From: an uncultured bacterium
GTDB lineage: Bacteria; Zixibacteria; MSB-5A5; UBA10806
Direction: 5' to 3'
DNA length: 38,435 nucleotides
Assembly (NCBI GenBank): GCA_965541585.1
Contig: CBEUCH010000023.1
Coordinates: 1 to 38,435, forward strand
Positions 37,989 to 38,435 of this stretch are shown one piece after another. The notes beneath the pieces were generated by a model. That model was given only the letters and a program-made list of their open reading frames with translations, did no database searches and was not told the DNA's origin. Made by a program: the position numbers and the translations under genes. Numbering within the stretch: position 1 is the stretch's first letter; each line of letters starts with the position of its first letter.

Positions 37989-38078
37989 TCTGAAGCTCAG
38001 ACAAGAGAGAGATTCTTCAAGAAGCGCTCCGGGAATAGATGGCTAAAAGTGCGCTATTATCTGACCCTATTCTCTTAA
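37989..38078 (+). pseudogene. 5'-truncated GIY-YIG nuclease remnant (C-terminal fragment)
   Basis: Encodes SEAQTRERFFKKRSGNRWLK..., first 55 nt identical to 38381-38435. No start codon; in-frame stop at 37974-37976. Confidence 0.7.
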
Positions 38079-38090
38079 TCAATAAAACCG

Positions 38091-38119
38091 TTTCCAATCG
38101 CGGAGGATTACAATATATT
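38091..38119 (+). promoter_or_regulatory. Possible sigma70 promoter of the tRNA-Ser locus
   Basis: TTTCCA-N17-TATATT, 7 nt before tRNA G1. Confidence 0.45.
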
Positions 38120-38126
38120 CATCTCC

Positions 38127-38216
38127 GGAGAGGTGCCGGAGCGGTTGCGCCGCCATGCCCTTCGGGCGGGCAGGCGTCCCTGCCCCTGAAAGGGGCGGGA
38201 AACGGGGTGGTCTCGA
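38127..38216 (+). tRNA. tRNA-Ser(CGA) 5' half only, with a 53-nt insertion in the D-loop; not an intact tRNA within the window
   Basis: GGAGAGGTGCCGGAGCGGTTG (38127-38147) plus AACGGGGTGGTCTCGA (38201-38216) rebuild the acceptor strand, D arm and anticodon arm up to CGA, in the serU-type pattern. Confidence 0.8.
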
Positions 38217-38434
38217 TGTTCTATACATATATACTTAAGAGTTTGGCTCAAGACAGATATTATTATGGATCGACCTCAGATTTGAATAGGAGGATCAAAG
38301 AGCATAACAGCGGCAGAGTGAAATCAACGAAAGCGCGCAGGCCTTGGGAATTACATTATTATGAAGCGTATCGTACGAGATCTGAAGCTCAGACAAGAGA
38401 GAGATTCTTCAAGAAGCGCTCCGGGAATAGATGG
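38216..38434 (+). CDS. Small stand-alone GIY-YIG nuclease, truncated by the window end (absent from the ORF track)
   Basis: MFYTYILKSLAQDRYYYGSTSDLNRRIKEHNSGRVKSTKARRPWELHYYEAYRTRSEAQTRERFFKKRSGNRW: YxY, YxGST, RRxxEHN, TxxxRPW and catalytic A..RE..K motifs. Confidence 0.92.
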   Translation, partial: MFYTYILKSLAQDRYYYGSTSDLNRRIKEHNSGRVKSTKARRPWELHYYEAYRTRSEAQTRERFFKKRSGNRW

Positions 38435-38435
38435 C

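Larger units (their letters stand above)
37989..38435 (+). repeat. Exact 55-bp direct repeat (37989-38043 and 38381-38435), period 392 bp
   Basis: TCTGAAGCTCAGACAAGAGAGAGATTCTTCAAGAAGCGCTCCGGGAATAGATGGC occurs twice; the second copy ends the window. Confidence 0.95.

Noticed and set aside
37864..38046. 60-aa ORF in the ORF track
   Set aside because: It crosses the lipoprotein stop and terminator and reads the GIY-YIG remnant out of frame.
37989..38435. CRISPR array
   Set aside because: Only two copies, 55 bp long, protein-coding, 337 bp apart, and no cas genes.
38211..38435. Group I intron with homing endonuclease in the anticodon loop
   Set aside because: The 5' exon would end in A rather than the usual U, no P1 or core helices precede the ORF, and the nuclease lacks a DNA-binding extension. 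Not fully excludable because the window ends.

Overview
A 38.4 kb bacterial chromosomal window, probably from an anaerobic diderm. The FCB-type TrmD motif GHYKGVDQR and the lipoproteins hint at this; taxonomy is inference. The backbone is housekeeping: an iscS-iscU pair, an ECF sigma/anti-sigma module, a MATE transporter, ffh-rpsP-khpA-rimM-trmD-rplS-rnhB, radical SAM-rsmB-PASTA-rpe, lemA, RNase P RNA, recJ, a B12 acyl-CoA mutase cluster (meaB, large and small subunits, acyl-CoA dehydrogenase, carboxyltransferase), ferritin/rubredoxin genes and nadA. Accessory genes are a pair of paralogous membrane proteins, a fused restriction-methylase and an AT-rich secreted caspase-TPR protein; the last two sit next to short palindromic repeats. 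The most unusual structure is in the last 450 bp. There the 5' half of a tRNA-Ser(CGA) gene carries a 53-nt double hairpin inserted in its D-loop and is fused at the anticodon to the ATG of a small GIY-YIG nuclease that the ORF track misses. An identical copy of the nuclease 3' end lies 392 bp upstream, suggesting a tRNA-targeting, tandem-amplifying selfish element. Other notable points: IscS lacks its PLP lysine, the mutase has isobutyryl-CoA mutase rather than methylmalonyl-CoA mutase specificity residues, there are twin back-to-back ECF promoters, a PhzF gene has an in-frame internal deletion, and the rubrerythrin-like cluster is split into separate genes.
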